Origin: Sterolibacteriaceae bacterium
GTDB taxonomy: Bacteria > Pseudomonadota > Gammaproteobacteria > Burkholderiales > Rhodocyclaceae
Direction: 5' to 3'
NCBI GenBank assembly: GCA_043738625.1
Contig: JAYUFR010000221.1
Coordinates: forward strand, 2,326-66,325
DNA length: 64,000 nt
A program made the position numbers and the translations under genes. The stretch's first letter is position 1; every line of letters starts with the position of its first letter. The notes beneath the pieces were generated by a model. That model saw nothing but the letters and a program-made list of their open reading frames with translations. It was not told where the DNA came from and did no database searches. Positions 44,324 to 53,400 of the stretch are shown here, in pieces.

Positions 44324-44353
44324 TTGACTGGAGCTCGTTGCGCCGAGTAATGT
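44324..44353 (+). promoter_or_regulatory. candidate sigma70-type promoter of the BVMO gene at 44390
   Basis: TTGACT (44324-44329, inside the TGTTGAC half-site), an 18-nt spacer, then TAATGT (44348-44353). Confidence 0.4.
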
Positions 44354-44389
44354 AACCGCTTTTCGGATTGACACTTCGGGGCGAATGTT

Positions 44390-45988
44390 ATGGAAGTCAG
44401 AGTGGATGTAATTATTGTAGGCGCGGGCTTCGCCGGACTGCGCGCGTTGCTTAAAATGAGGGAAATTGGTCTATCGGCAGTGGTGTTGGAAGCCGGCGCC
44501 GACATCGGCGGCGTCTGGAATTTCAATCGATACCCGGGTGCCCGATGCGACGTAGAAAGTTACGACTACTCTTATATGTTCTCAGAGGAACTCGAACAGG
44601 AGTGGCGTTGGACCGAGCGATACGCCACTCAGCCGGAGGTGCTGCGTTACATTCACCATGTCGCCGATAAGTTTGCGCTGCGGCGCGACGTGCGGGTCAA
44701 CTGCCGTATGGTGCGCGCCGAATTCGACGAGGGCACCACCCGCTGGAAAGTCCTCACGCAAACGGCCGAGCGTTGGAACTCGCAGTTCCTAATTATGGCA
44801 GTGGGACAACTGTCAACCACCAAGGCACCGGTTTTCCCCGGTCAAAGCGATTTTTTTGGACAGATCCACCATAGCGCACAATGGCCGCACGCTGGAGTTG
44901 ACCTAAGTGGTAAACGCGTCGGCATAATCGGCACGGGGTCTTCTGGAGTTCAAATGACACCGATTGTCGCGCGTCAAGCCGCACATTTGACGGTCTTCCA
45001 GCGATCGCCTAATTTCAGCATTCCGGCAACCAATGCGGTCATCTCCGACGAGGAGGATATTGCAGTCAAGGCGCGGTATCGGGAACGGCGCCAAGCGGCG
45101 CTCAATTCGCCGAGTGGGCTAGGATTCATTCCGAATAAACAATCCGCGCTCGCGGTAAGTGCACAGGAGCGCGAAGCGGTTTATGAAGCCGCTTGGCAGC
45201 GTTTGGGTTTCGGCTTTGCGCTTGCCTACCACGATCTGTTACTCGATCAGTCCGCCAATGATACGGCTGCAGAGTTCATCCGCAGGAAAATCGCTCAACA
45301 GGTCACGAGCCCGGCGTTACGCGAGAAGCTGACTCCGCGCGGATTCCCGTTCGGGACCAAACGCCCGTCGGTAGATAGCGGCTATTTCCAAACGTTTAAT
45401 CGCGACAACGTGGCGCTAGTCGATATTCATGAAAACCCCATTGTGGCGATTACTGCCACTGGTATTTCGACGGTGTCGAGTACTTATCGACTCGATGTGA
45501 TTGTTTTTGCCACCGGGTTCGATGCATTTACCGGATCGCTATTGGCTCCGGACATCATAGGTCGCGGCGGACAGTCTTTACGGGACAAGTGGTCTGCCGG
45601 ACCTGTCACCTACTTAGGCTTGGGATCGAGCGGTTTCCCCAACCTGTTCATAATTGCGGGTCCCGGCAGCCCGTCGTTGCTGAGTAATGTCATTCTATCT
45701 ATTGAGCAGCACGTCGAATGGATCGGCAATTTATTGTCACACCTCGCCAAGCACACGTTTAACTACGTCGAAGTCACACCTGCCGCAGAAAAACACTGGC
45801 TCGAACAGGTCGCGGCCCGAGCTGGGGAGACCCTCTACCTTAAAGCCCGTTCATACTATGTCGGCGATGAGATGCCGGGCAAGCCGCATGTCTTCATGCC
45901 CTATTCCGGCGGTGTACGTGGCTACCGGCGGATCCTCGAAAAAGTGGTGGCAACTCACTACGACGGATTTGAAATGCGCAGCAGTTGA
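44390..45988 (+). CDS. Baeyer-Villiger monooxygenase (type I)
   Basis: IIVGAGFAGL...GGVWNFNRYPGARCDVES, fingerprint FFGQIHHSAQWPH, and IIGTGSSGVQ. Confidence 0.92.
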   Translation: MEVRVDVIIVGAGFAGLRALLKMREIGLSAVVLEAGADIGGVWNFNRYPGARCDVESYDYSYMFSEELEQEWRWTERYATQPEVLRYIHHVADKFALRRDVRVNCRMVRAEFDEGTTRWKVLTQTAERWNSQFLIMAVGQLSTTKAPVFPGQSDFFGQIHHSAQWPHAGVDLSGKRVGIIGTGSSGVQMTPIVARQAAHLTVFQRSPNFSIPATNAVISDEEDIAVKARYRERRQAALNSPSGLGFIPNKQSALAVSAQEREAVYEAAWQRLGFGFALAYHDLLLDQSANDTAAEFIRRKIAQQVTSPALREKLTPRGFPFGTKRPSVDSGYFQTFNRDNVALVDIHENPIVAITATGISTVSSTYRLDVIVFATGFDAFTGSLLAPDIIGRGGQSLRDKWSAGPVTYLGLGSSGFPNLFIIAGPGSPSLLSNVILSIEQHVEWIGNLLSHLAKHTFNYVEVTPAAEKHWLEQVAARAGETLYLKARSYYVGDEMPGKPHVFMPYSGGVRGYRRILEKVVATHYDGFEMRSS

Positions 45989-45989
45989 A

Positions 45990-46730
45990 CTATAACGCGG
46001 TGTATCCACCGTCAATCACAATTTCCGTGCCAGTGATAAAAGACGATTCGTCGCTAGCCAAAAACAATGCCAAATCCGCGATCTCTTCGGGTCGACCCAC
46101 GCGCTTCACGGGATTGGCCGCGATCACCGCATCTACATAATTTTGCGGCATTCCACTCAGCATCCCGGTCTGGATAGAGCCGGGACAAAAGCAGTTGATG
46201 CGGATGCCTTGATTGGCATATTCGACCGCGGCGGTTTTGGACATCATGACCACGGCCCCTTTTGAGGCGCCGTAAGCCACTAATTGCGGGAATGCCACCA
46301 CACTGGCCATTGAGGCGGTGTTGACAATGGCGCCGCCGCCATGTTTCAACAACAATGGAATGCCGTAGCGCATACCGAGGAAGACGCCGCGGGCATTAAC
46401 AGCCATCACTCGGTCGTAGGCCTCTTCGTCATAGTCGCCTGTAACCGCTAGGGGCCCCTGGATACCGGCGTTGTTGCACAGAATGTTGAGAGCGCCGAAG
46501 CGTGAAATCGCCGCTTGCAGCATGGCCTGTACATCGGCGCTTTTCGACACGTCGGCTTGAAAAGGCAAACATCGCTCGCCGATGCTCGCCGCCACGGCAT
46601 TCTGATTGCCCGAAATATCTACGGCAACAACCCGCGCACCTTCGGCGCAAAAACGCTGCACAATGGCCTTTCCCATACCTGAGCCAGCGCCAGTCACCAC
46701 CGCTACCTTTCCCTCTATTCTGCCTGTCAT
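45990..46730 (-). CDS. SDR family oxidoreductase
   Basis: VAVVTGAGSGMGKAI, NNAG, and YGASKGA. Confidence 0.9.
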   Translation of the reverse strand: MTGRIEGKVAVVTGAGSGMGKAIVQRFCAEGARVVAVDISGNQNAVAASIGERCLPFQADVSKSADVQAMLQAAISRFGALNILCNNAGIQGPLAVTGDYDEEAYDRVMAVNARGVFLGMRYGIPLLLKHGGGAIVNTASMASVVAFPQLVAYGASKGAVVMMSKTAAVEYANQGIRINCFCPGSIQTGMLSGMPQNYVDAVIAANPVKRVGRPEEIADLALFLASDESSFITGTEIVIDGGYTAL

Positions 46731-46744
46731 TGCGTGTTCCTACT

Positions 46745-46765
46745 AGGTTGGATGCAAGGTTGGAT
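46745..46765. repeat. direct repeat AGGTTGGAT x2 (12-bp period) just upstream of the SDR ribosome-binding site
   Basis: AGGTTGGAT gca AGGTTGGAT. On the coding (minus) strand it reads ATCCAACCT tgc ATCCAACCT agtAGGAAcacgcaATG. Confidence 0.8.
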
Positions 46766-46796
46766 CAAGTTCTGACTCTGCTAGGCCGCCGGCTCT

Positions 46797-48653
46797 TTAG
46801 TCTCCTGGCCTCAGTCTGACAATAATGTTGTTAGCGCTAACCGTTTCGAATACGGCAGGATCGCGCTTGCCGACGGGAAGACTGGCGTAGGTCGTCCAAA
46901 TATCACCTGATTCGTGATCCACTTCGATCACGCGTAAAAAGGTCTCCTTACGAGGCATGGGATACTGTCGCCATTCTTGGGTCTCAATATTGAATCGATA
47001 GATTCTGTCGGAGTTGGTAGTCGCCACCCAAATTGCATTGCGCTTCTTATCGAAAGTGACTCCGTACGGCGAACTACCCCGATCCGGCAAGCTATAACGC
47101 CCGACCTCCACGCCGGTATCGGTGTTGATCTTAAGAATCTGACTTGCGCCGGACAGTGCCACCCACAAAAAACCGTCTTGTATTGCAAGCCTCCTTGCAC
47201 CCGATCCTCGGGCGAGCGGAATAACGCGCTCCGCATTATTCCTTTGCGTATCCAAGGAACCCACATTTCCGTACAGCTGTGCCCACCACACTTGCTTGCG
47301 TTTCGAGTCAAAAGCGGCGCCATACAGCAACGTATGGAAGTGCGTTTCACCTTGAGGCAAAGGCATTCGGTAGGTCTTGATATCACCGCTCTCGACATTC
47401 ACACCCCAGAGCTCGTTTTTACCGAGATCGGTGATCCATATGCGCCCTTCGGAATCGGGTTCTAAATAACGATCCGAATTAAAAGCGAAATCGTGAGTCA
47501 CGCCAAATTTTGTACCCGCCGGTGGCGGATACCGACGCCATTCCTTAGTTTTCGTATTGAACCGCGCAATATAAAAGCTATCTTCACACGCCATCCATAG
47601 ATTGCCGTTGGCATCCGCATTCATGGTATGGGGACCTTGTTGACCTTCCCCCGGAATTTTGTACCACGTAACCGAACCATCCTTAGGGTCAAGCCCGCCG
47701 ACACGATCTTTGTCGGTTTCAATGAACCAAATGAGACTCGACCCTGGCGCAATCGCCACCTCGCGGGTCCAGCCAAATGTCGGAAGCACAAACTCGTCGA
47801 TCTCGGTCGCTTTTTCCACGCCATATTTTCCAAGCCGATCAATATCGTGGTAGCCCGTGTAGCTATCGAAGTGCACTGGAAAATTGTGCGCGAGGTTTGG
47901 AATTATGATTTCCATGTCGCGCGGCGCGAATAGGCTCGTATCAGGCGCAAGCAGCGCATTGTAATAAGGACTTCCTTCTTTTAGGCCCCAGCGAAGTTCA
48001 TTGTTCTCTCCGAGACGCATAGTGACATATCGCATGTACTGCACGACCGCTGCCCAAGCCTCGGCGCGCTTTGGATCCGCCACTGCTTTCGCCTTTTCCC
48101 AGGGCTTGGTGTTGGCGTTCGGCCCAAGATCGATAATCGACTGGTGCAGCCACCCCTCGGTCCTCTCTGAGGTTGATTGCCCGGCCATATTCATCGCAAC
48201 CTTTTTCATGCGATCGGCGCCCAACTGGTGACAATTCGAGCATTGCACCATGGTCATCTGATAGGGCAGAGAATCGTGATCTCCGCCGAGCCATGCCGAC
48301 GCTGGCACCTGATCCGCAACGTTCTCGATTTTGCGCAACGTGATACTGACGGTGTATCCATTTTTAGCGGGGAGTATATTTTTCGTGACCTCCTTCCAAC
48401 CAATGCGGAACACATTCACATCTGGAATTGCCGCGATGTTGACATCACGGGCGGCAAACGTGCCGTCCGCTGAGGAAAAAACCGTGGTCGAGAAGCGAGT
48501 GGCGTCTTGCCCTGCGATCCGCAACCGCACAAACGGCACCGGGCTGCCAGCGCTGTCGAGAACCCGTCCTGCGATATCCGACGCACACGCCGCCTGGGCG
48601 AACAAAACCACGATTGCAAACCACCAAGAGCCTGGTCGAATTGGCCGTTTCAT
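46797..48653 (-). CDS. secreted hypothetical protein: carboxypeptidase-regulatory-like N-domain + single CxxCH haem motif + beta-propeller (Vgb/NHL-like repeats)
   Basis: I prefer the start at M33 of the track ORF (MKRPIRPGSWWFAIVVLFAQAACA, a signal peptide) after AGGAG. DIAGRVLDSAGSPVPFVRLRIAG is CarboxypepD_reg-like. CSNCH is encoded at 48228-48242. The C-terminal ~330 aa carry repeated ...G.IW.....N.I.R.. blades. The family call is by eye only. Confidence 0.7.
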   Translation of the reverse strand: MKRPIRPGSWWFAIVVLFAQAACASDIAGRVLDSAGSPVPFVRLRIAGQDATRFSTTVFSSADGTFAARDVNIAAIPDVNVFRIGWKEVTKNILPAKNGYTVSITLRKIENVADQVPASAWLGGDHDSLPYQMTMVQCSNCHQLGADRMKKVAMNMAGQSTSERTEGWLHQSIIDLGPNANTKPWEKAKAVADPKRAEAWAAVVQYMRYVTMRLGENNELRWGLKEGSPYYNALLAPDTSLFAPRDMEIIIPNLAHNFPVHFDSYTGYHDIDRLGKYGVEKATEIDEFVLPTFGWTREVAIAPGSSLIWFIETDKDRVGGLDPKDGSVTWYKIPGEGQQGPHTMNADANGNLWMACEDSFYIARFNTKTKEWRRYPPPAGTKFGVTHDFAFNSDRYLEPDSEGRIWITDLGKNELWGVNVESGDIKTYRMPLPQGETHFHTLLYGAAFDSKRKQVWWAQLYGNVGSLDTQRNNAERVIPLARGSGARRLAIQDGFLWVALSGASQILKINTDTGVEVGRYSLPDRGSSPYGVTFDKKRNAIWVATTNSDRIYRFNIETQEWRQYPMPRKETFLRVIEVDHESGDIWTTYASLPVGKRDPAVFETVSANNIIVRLRPGD

Positions 48654-48711
48654 CACGCGATACTCCTGCCAGATTCGCCCGTCTGGGGCGTTAGGCCTGC
48701 CGATAATGGTA

Positions 48712-48729
48712 GTCAACATAACTGTTGAT
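48712..48729. promoter_or_regulatory. near-perfect copy of the recurrent palindrome GTCAACA-taac-TGTTGAT
   Basis: 13 of 14 positions match. It lies in the divergent region between the haem/propeller gene (start 48653) and the NUDIX gene (start 48812). Confidence 0.5.
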
Positions 48730-48811
48730 AGAGGCTGCAATCTACGCATAAGTATGCTATTTAGTCAAGCTCGGTTGTGATTGTATTGACACTCTAGCCG
48801 GAGGTACGCCC

Positions 48812-49708
48812 TTGGATGATCTTAGAGATAAACCCACCGTGGCCGCCACCACGATACTGCTGCGCGCTGCACAAACTGGTGCCGGCACCGAAGCGCTGCT
48901 GCTGCGCCGACCCGGAAACATGCGTGCATTCAACGATGTTTGGGTGTTCCCCGGCGGAAAGGTCGATCAAGCGGATAACAGCGAAGCCGCGGCTGATTGT
49001 ATTGCCGACCCTATTCGTCAGCGCTATGGCGCGCACGCCCGGACGCTGCGAATTGCTGCGTGCCGTGAATTGTTCGAGGAAGTCGGCGTATTGCTGGCGC
49101 GATCACACAACGCCGAATGGGTCGATCAACCTCAAATCGAAAAATTGCTCAGCCGGCGTTTGGAATTCATGGCCGATCCGATGCAGTTCTATCGGGCGAT
49201 CGCCGACGCTTCGCTGACGCTAGCCATTGATACCTTGGTGCCGTGGTCCAGATGGATCACGCCTCCCGTGATAAAGAAGCGATTTGACACCGCCTTTTTT
49301 GCGGTAATAGTCTCCCGAGACAACAGTGTGCAATTATATGCGGGCGAGGTCACCGAAACCTGTTGGCTGGAGCTTGCCTCCATCTCGGAGCAAATAGTGG
49401 CCCGCGGTATGCGCCTGGCACCGCCCACCACAATCACATTACTCGACCTGCAGAAGTCGCAAAGTACGCACGCGAACTGCGCCAGCATGCTTCAGGCTGA
49501 ACAATGCCGCACGATCGAGGCAATCCAACCGAAGCTAATTCGCGTGGACGGTGAACCTTGGGCAGTCTTTCCATGGGATTCCGAATACGCGGGTATTGAC
49601 CCAGCGCCGGTGTTGTCGCCTTTTGTTATATCGGAGTATCTGCGCGGGCTTCCAGGGCGGCTTTTAGCCGCGTTACCGCCACGCGGCGACAATCAACAAT
49701 TGTGTTGA
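48812..49708 (+). CDS. NUDIX hydrolase (CoA-pyrophosphatase-like N-terminal signature)
   Basis: TTG start 7 nt after GGAGG. The Nudix box is FPGGKVD...AACRELFEEVGVLL (REUxEExGU). The preceding LLLRRPGNMRAFNDVWVFPGG resembles the motif found in CoA-diphosphatases. Confidence 0.75.
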   Translation: MDDLRDKPTVAATTILLRAAQTGAGTEALLLRRPGNMRAFNDVWVFPGGKVDQADNSEAAADCIADPIRQRYGAHARTLRIAACRELFEEVGVLLARSHNAEWVDQPQIEKLLSRRLEFMADPMQFYRAIADASLTLAIDTLVPWSRWITPPVIKKRFDTAFFAVIVSRDNSVQLYAGEVTETCWLELASISEQIVARGMRLAPPTTITLLDLQKSQSTHANCASMLQAEQCRTIEAIQPKLIRVDGEPWAVFPWDSEYAGIDPAPVLSPFVISEYLRGLPGRLLAALPPRGDNQQLC

Positions 49709-49709
49709 C
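49692..49709. promoter_or_regulatory. near-perfect copy of the recurrent palindrome ATCAACA-attg-TGTTGAC
   Basis: 13 of 14 positions match. It overlaps the NUDIX stop codon (49706-49708) and a -35-like TTGACA (49705-49710). TAGCGT follows 17 nt downstream, about 60 nt before the BVMO start. Confidence 0.5.
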
Positions 49710-49792
49710 AGAATAGTGAGGCTCCGCTAGCGTTATGTTGCCATCGCAGGACACCGTGTGCTCATCAGACCTTATCCAAAACCGGAGCCAAT

Positions 49793-51751
49793 TTGTTAGT
49801 CGCAGGAGTTGAAGAACAAGCACAGGAACGGGGATGGCTCGCCTCCGCCGTTGCGCTTGCCAATGTTCCAACCTTGGCGTGTTTGCTAGTGCATTTGACC
49901 GGCGAACGGCGCTGGATCGAGGGGCGTTATGTACCAAGTCGTGTCCGCGGCCTTGACGATAACGATAGTGGCGGACTAGCCGAGGAAGTACAGCTCGAAA
50001 TCCGGCGCGCAAGCTCAGAGGCGCTATCGGCTTGGTTTGCAGGGCGCGCGCCGCTCCTGCCCAATCCTTCGGATAATTTGCTGGTGGAGATGATGAGCGT
50101 ATCGCTCGGTGACGTGATTCCACCCGAATATGCGCCCATGATCCGCCGCGACCTTGAGCTGCCTGCGTCCAGCGCAACTTCAACAGAGTCGACCCCAAGC
50201 GCAAGTCCGCCAGCGGACTTTTGTGCTTTGATCATTGGTGCCGGGATATCCGGGCTGTGTGCCGCCGTAGAGTTTGCGAAGGCCGGTGTTCGCTATGTGA
50301 TTCTCGAACGCAGGCACGAACTGGGAGGTGTCTGGTTCGACAACCGCTACCCAGGCGCTGCCTGCGATGTGCCCAGTCACCTGTACTCATTCTCATTTGC
50401 ACCCTATGACTGGTCGCGCTTTTTTGCAGGCAGTCGAGAAATTCATGCGTATCTGGAGCGCGTGGCAGATGATTTCAAAATTCGCGATCACATCCGTTTC
50501 GGCATGGAAGTAACGGAAGCTCGTTACGACGAGGTCAATGGTCGGTGGGAAGCTGAGGTCATCACGGCAGCAGGCAAACGCGAAAAACTGCATGCCAACA
50601 TAGTGATCAGCTGTGTCGGCGCATTTAACAAGCCGCGTATTCCCGATGTTCCAGGACTTGCTAATTTTAAGGGGTCGAGCGTGCACACCGCGCGCTATCC
50701 GGATGCGGGTATCGACTTGACCGGGCGTCATGTGATTCTCGTCGGCAACGGTGCCAGCGCGATGCAGGTCGCACCGGCGATCGCCGACGCAGTCGCCTCG
50801 CTCACCATTGTACAGCGAACGCCGCAATGGGTCGCGCCATTCCCCAAATTTGGTCGAGCAATTCCTGAAGCCTTGCGCCAACTATTAATGCGAGTGCCGC
50901 TGTACCGGCTGTGGTACCGACTGCGGCTGAGTTGGGCGTTCAATGACAAATTATATGAGGCGGTGAAGGTAGATGCGGCTTGGATGGGCGAAGGCCGCTC
51001 GATCAATGCCATCAACGACGCTCATCGAAAGGGACTAACGGCATACATGAAGACGGAATTGGGGTCGGCAGAACACTTACTTGCGGCAGTGCTACCGGAA
51101 TATCCGCCATTCGGAAAAAGGATGTTGCTGGACAATGGTTGGTTTAGCACTCTGGCGCGAAAAAATGTCCGGCATGTAGTCGGCGGCGTCACCGAAGTTT
51201 TGCCGAATGCCGTCATCACCAGTGATGGTGCCAAGCACCCGGCGGACGTCATCATCTGGGCGACGGGCTTTGATGTCGTCAATTTTCTGGCACCGATGAA
51301 GATTTCCGGGTTGCAAGGTCGTACTTTGCATGGCGACTGGGAGGGGGACAATGCGCGCGCCTTTCTCGGCACGGTTATGCCTGGCTTTCCGAACTTTTTT
51401 TGCCTTTATGGACCTAATTCGCAATTCGGGCATGGGGGCAGTCTTATTATGGTTCTCGAACGCCAGATGCACTACGTGATGTCGCTACTGCGACAGATGT
51501 TCGCGCGCGGCATCGAGCAGGTCGACGTGCACCAAAACAGGCACGATGACTACAATGCAAAGGTAGATCGCACGCACGAGGGACTGGTGTGGGCTTTTCC
51601 TGGCGTCGAAAACTATTACAAGAACTCCAAGGGACGCAATGTGGTGAACAATCCATTCCGCATATTGGAAGTCTGGCGCATGACGGAAACAGCTAATTTG
51701 AGCGATTTTAACTGCAGCGGGGCCGCGCCGGTGCGCGGTCGTACCTATTAA
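49793..51751 (+). CDS. Baeyer-Villiger-type FAD monooxygenase with ~150-aa N-terminal extension (HAPMO-like layout)
   Basis: TTG start after GGAG. LIIGAGISGL...GGVWFDNRYPGAACDVPSHLYSFSF, the fingerprint variant FKGSSVHTARYPD (Y in place of W), and LVGNGASAMQ. A 150-residue extension precedes the first Rossmann motif. Confidence 0.85.
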   Translation: MLVAGVEEQAQERGWLASAVALANVPTLACLLVHLTGERRWIEGRYVPSRVRGLDDNDSGGLAEEVQLEIRRASSEALSAWFAGRAPLLPNPSDNLLVEMMSVSLGDVIPPEYAPMIRRDLELPASSATSTESTPSASPPADFCALIIGAGISGLCAAVEFAKAGVRYVILERRHELGGVWFDNRYPGAACDVPSHLYSFSFAPYDWSRFFAGSREIHAYLERVADDFKIRDHIRFGMEVTEARYDEVNGRWEAEVITAAGKREKLHANIVISCVGAFNKPRIPDVPGLANFKGSSVHTARYPDAGIDLTGRHVILVGNGASAMQVAPAIADAVASLTIVQRTPQWVAPFPKFGRAIPEALRQLLMRVPLYRLWYRLRLSWAFNDKLYEAVKVDAAWMGEGRSINAINDAHRKGLTAYMKTELGSAEHLLAAVLPEYPPFGKRMLLDNGWFSTLARKNVRHVVGGVTEVLPNAVITSDGAKHPADVIIWATGFDVVNFLAPMKISGLQGRTLHGDWEGDNARAFLGTVMPGFPNFFCLYGPNSQFGHGGSLIMVLERQMHYVMSLLRQMFARGIEQVDVHQNRHDDYNAKVDRTHEGLVWAFPGVENYYKNSKGRNVVNNPFRILEVWRMTETANLSDFNCSGAAPVRGRTY

Positions 51752-52516
51752 ATGACAGCACCCGTCCTAATTGAACAGCAAGATGCAACGCTAATCGTAT
51801 CTATTAATCGACCTCGGCAGCGCAACGCTGTGAACCGGTCGGTGTCGTTAGCAATTGCCGAAGCATTGGACAGGTTAGATCAGCAACCTGAATTGCGGGT
51901 GGGTATTCTGACGGGGCACGGCGACACATTTTGTGCCGGGATGGATCTACGCGCATTTCTCGACGGCGAGCGTCCCGAGCTCGAAAATCGAGGATTTGGC
52001 GGTCTGACCGAAGCCCTTCCGCGCAAGCCGCTGATCGCCGCGGTCGAAGGCTATGCGCTGGCGGGCGGATGTGAACTGGCGCTGGCCTGCGATTTGATCG
52101 TCGCGGCCGAAAACGCCTGGTTCGGCTTGCCAGAAGTTACTCGCGGGCTGGTGGCAGGTTCCGGCGGGCTGGTTCGTCTGCCGCGGCGAATTCCTCGGGC
52201 GATCGCGTTGGAATATGCGCTCACTGGCGAGCGGATGGATGCATCCACCGCACATCGCTGGGGCCTCGTCAACCGACTGACGCCTGCCGGTGGCGCTCTA
52301 CAAGGCGCACTGGTATTGGCGCGCCTGATCACTGCCAATGCGCCCCTGGCAGTGGCGATGACCAAGCGGATCATGTGTGAGTCGCCTGGCTGGCAGGAAG
52401 AAGAAATCTGGCTACGGCAGCGCCCTCTGGTGGAATCCGTGCTGGCCTCCGAGGATGCACAAGAAGGCGCACGCGCCTTCGCCGAAAAACGCGCTGCCGT
52501 GTGGCGAGGGAAATGA
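51752..52516 (+). CDS. enoyl-CoA hydratase (crotonase family)
   Basis: SINRPRQRNAVN...ILTGHGDTFCAGMDL and EGYALAGGCELALACD. The ATG directly follows the BVMO stop. Confidence 0.9.
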   Translation: MTAPVLIEQQDATLIVSINRPRQRNAVNRSVSLAIAEALDRLDQQPELRVGILTGHGDTFCAGMDLRAFLDGERPELENRGFGGLTEALPRKPLIAAVEGYALAGGCELALACDLIVAAENAWFGLPEVTRGLVAGSGGLVRLPRRIPRAIALEYALTGERMDASTAHRWGLVNRLTPAGGALQGALVLARLITANAPLAVAMTKRIMCESPGWQEEEIWLRQRPLVESVLASEDAQEGARAFAEKRAAVWRGK

Positions 52517-52517
52517 T

Positions 52518-53372
52518 ATGCAGTCTATAACATACCGAGTTGCCGTCGTGGGCGGTGGAACCATGGGCATCGGAATTGCTTATGTGGCAGCCCTTGCGGG
52601 CGGTGCCGTCATCGTTATCGAACCGGAGGACGGTCGCGCCGAGGTGTTGAGGAGCACTGTGCGGGGCGCCATCGAATCCGCGATTACGCGCGGCAAACTG
52701 GATGAACCGCGGGGTCTGGCTCTTGCGGCAAGGATTACGCGTTACGCGCAGGTCGAGGACATTCCCAAAGGGTTCGACGTGATCGTCGAAACGGTACCGG
52801 AGCGGCTCGAACTCAAGCTCGACGTACTGAGCCGAATCGCTGCCCGCACGCCGCAGATAATTGCCACCAACACCAGCGCAATATCCATTGGTCGTCTAGC
52901 CGGAGCGTTAGCTGATGCGGATCGGTTTCTGGGCATGCACTTCTTCAATCCCGTGTGGTCGATCCGACTGGTCGAACTGGTTAAGGGACCACAAACTTCA
53001 ACGGCAACGCTCGAGAGCGCGCGTCGCTTCGTCACCTGGCTCGGCAAGGAATCGCTGACGGTTCGCGACGTCCCGGGCTTTGCGACCAGCCGTCTCGATC
53101 TGATAGCTAGTTTGGAGGCCATGCGAATGCTGGAAAGCGAGGTCGCCAGCGCAGAGGACATCGATCGCGCCGCAGTGCTGGCCTATCGACATCCCGTAGG
53201 TCCTTTGCGGTTGAGCGACATCGTTGGGCTGGATGTGCGCCTCGACATCGCGCGAACCCTTGAAGCTGCGCACGGGGCGCGTTTCTCACCACCTGAAATT
53301 CTCATCAAGATGGTCGCCGAAGGAAAGCTGGGAGCCAAATCGGGGCGCGGCTTTTTCGAATGGCCAGTATGA
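52518..53372 (+). CDS. 3-hydroxyacyl-CoA dehydrogenase (3-hydroxybutyryl-CoA dehydrogenase-like)
   Basis: The start is MQSITYRVAVVGGGTMGIGIAYVAA at 52518; the track start at 52377 lies inside the crotonase gene. HFFNPV and the GFATSRL segments are typical. Confidence 0.9.
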   Translation: MQSITYRVAVVGGGTMGIGIAYVAALAGGAVIVIEPEDGRAEVLRSTVRGAIESAITRGKLDEPRGLALAARITRYAQVEDIPKGFDVIVETVPERLELKLDVLSRIAARTPQIIATNTSAISIGRLAGALADADRFLGMHFFNPVWSIRLVELVKGPQTSTATLESARRFVTWLGKESLTVRDVPGFATSRLDLIASLEAMRMLESEVASAEDIDRAAVLAYRHPVGPLRLSDIVGLDVRLDIARTLEAAHGARFSPPEILIKMVAEGKLGAKSGRGFFEWPV

Positions 53373-53400
53373 ATATCATCGCATCCTGGAGTACTTCAAA

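Noticed and set aside
48781-48792. TTGTATTGACAC upstream of the NUDIX gene was considered as another palindrome half-site or -35.
   Set aside because: It has an extra base relative to TGTTGAC. It lies only about 20 nt from the TTG start, too close to serve as a -35 for that gene. It has no symmetric partner.
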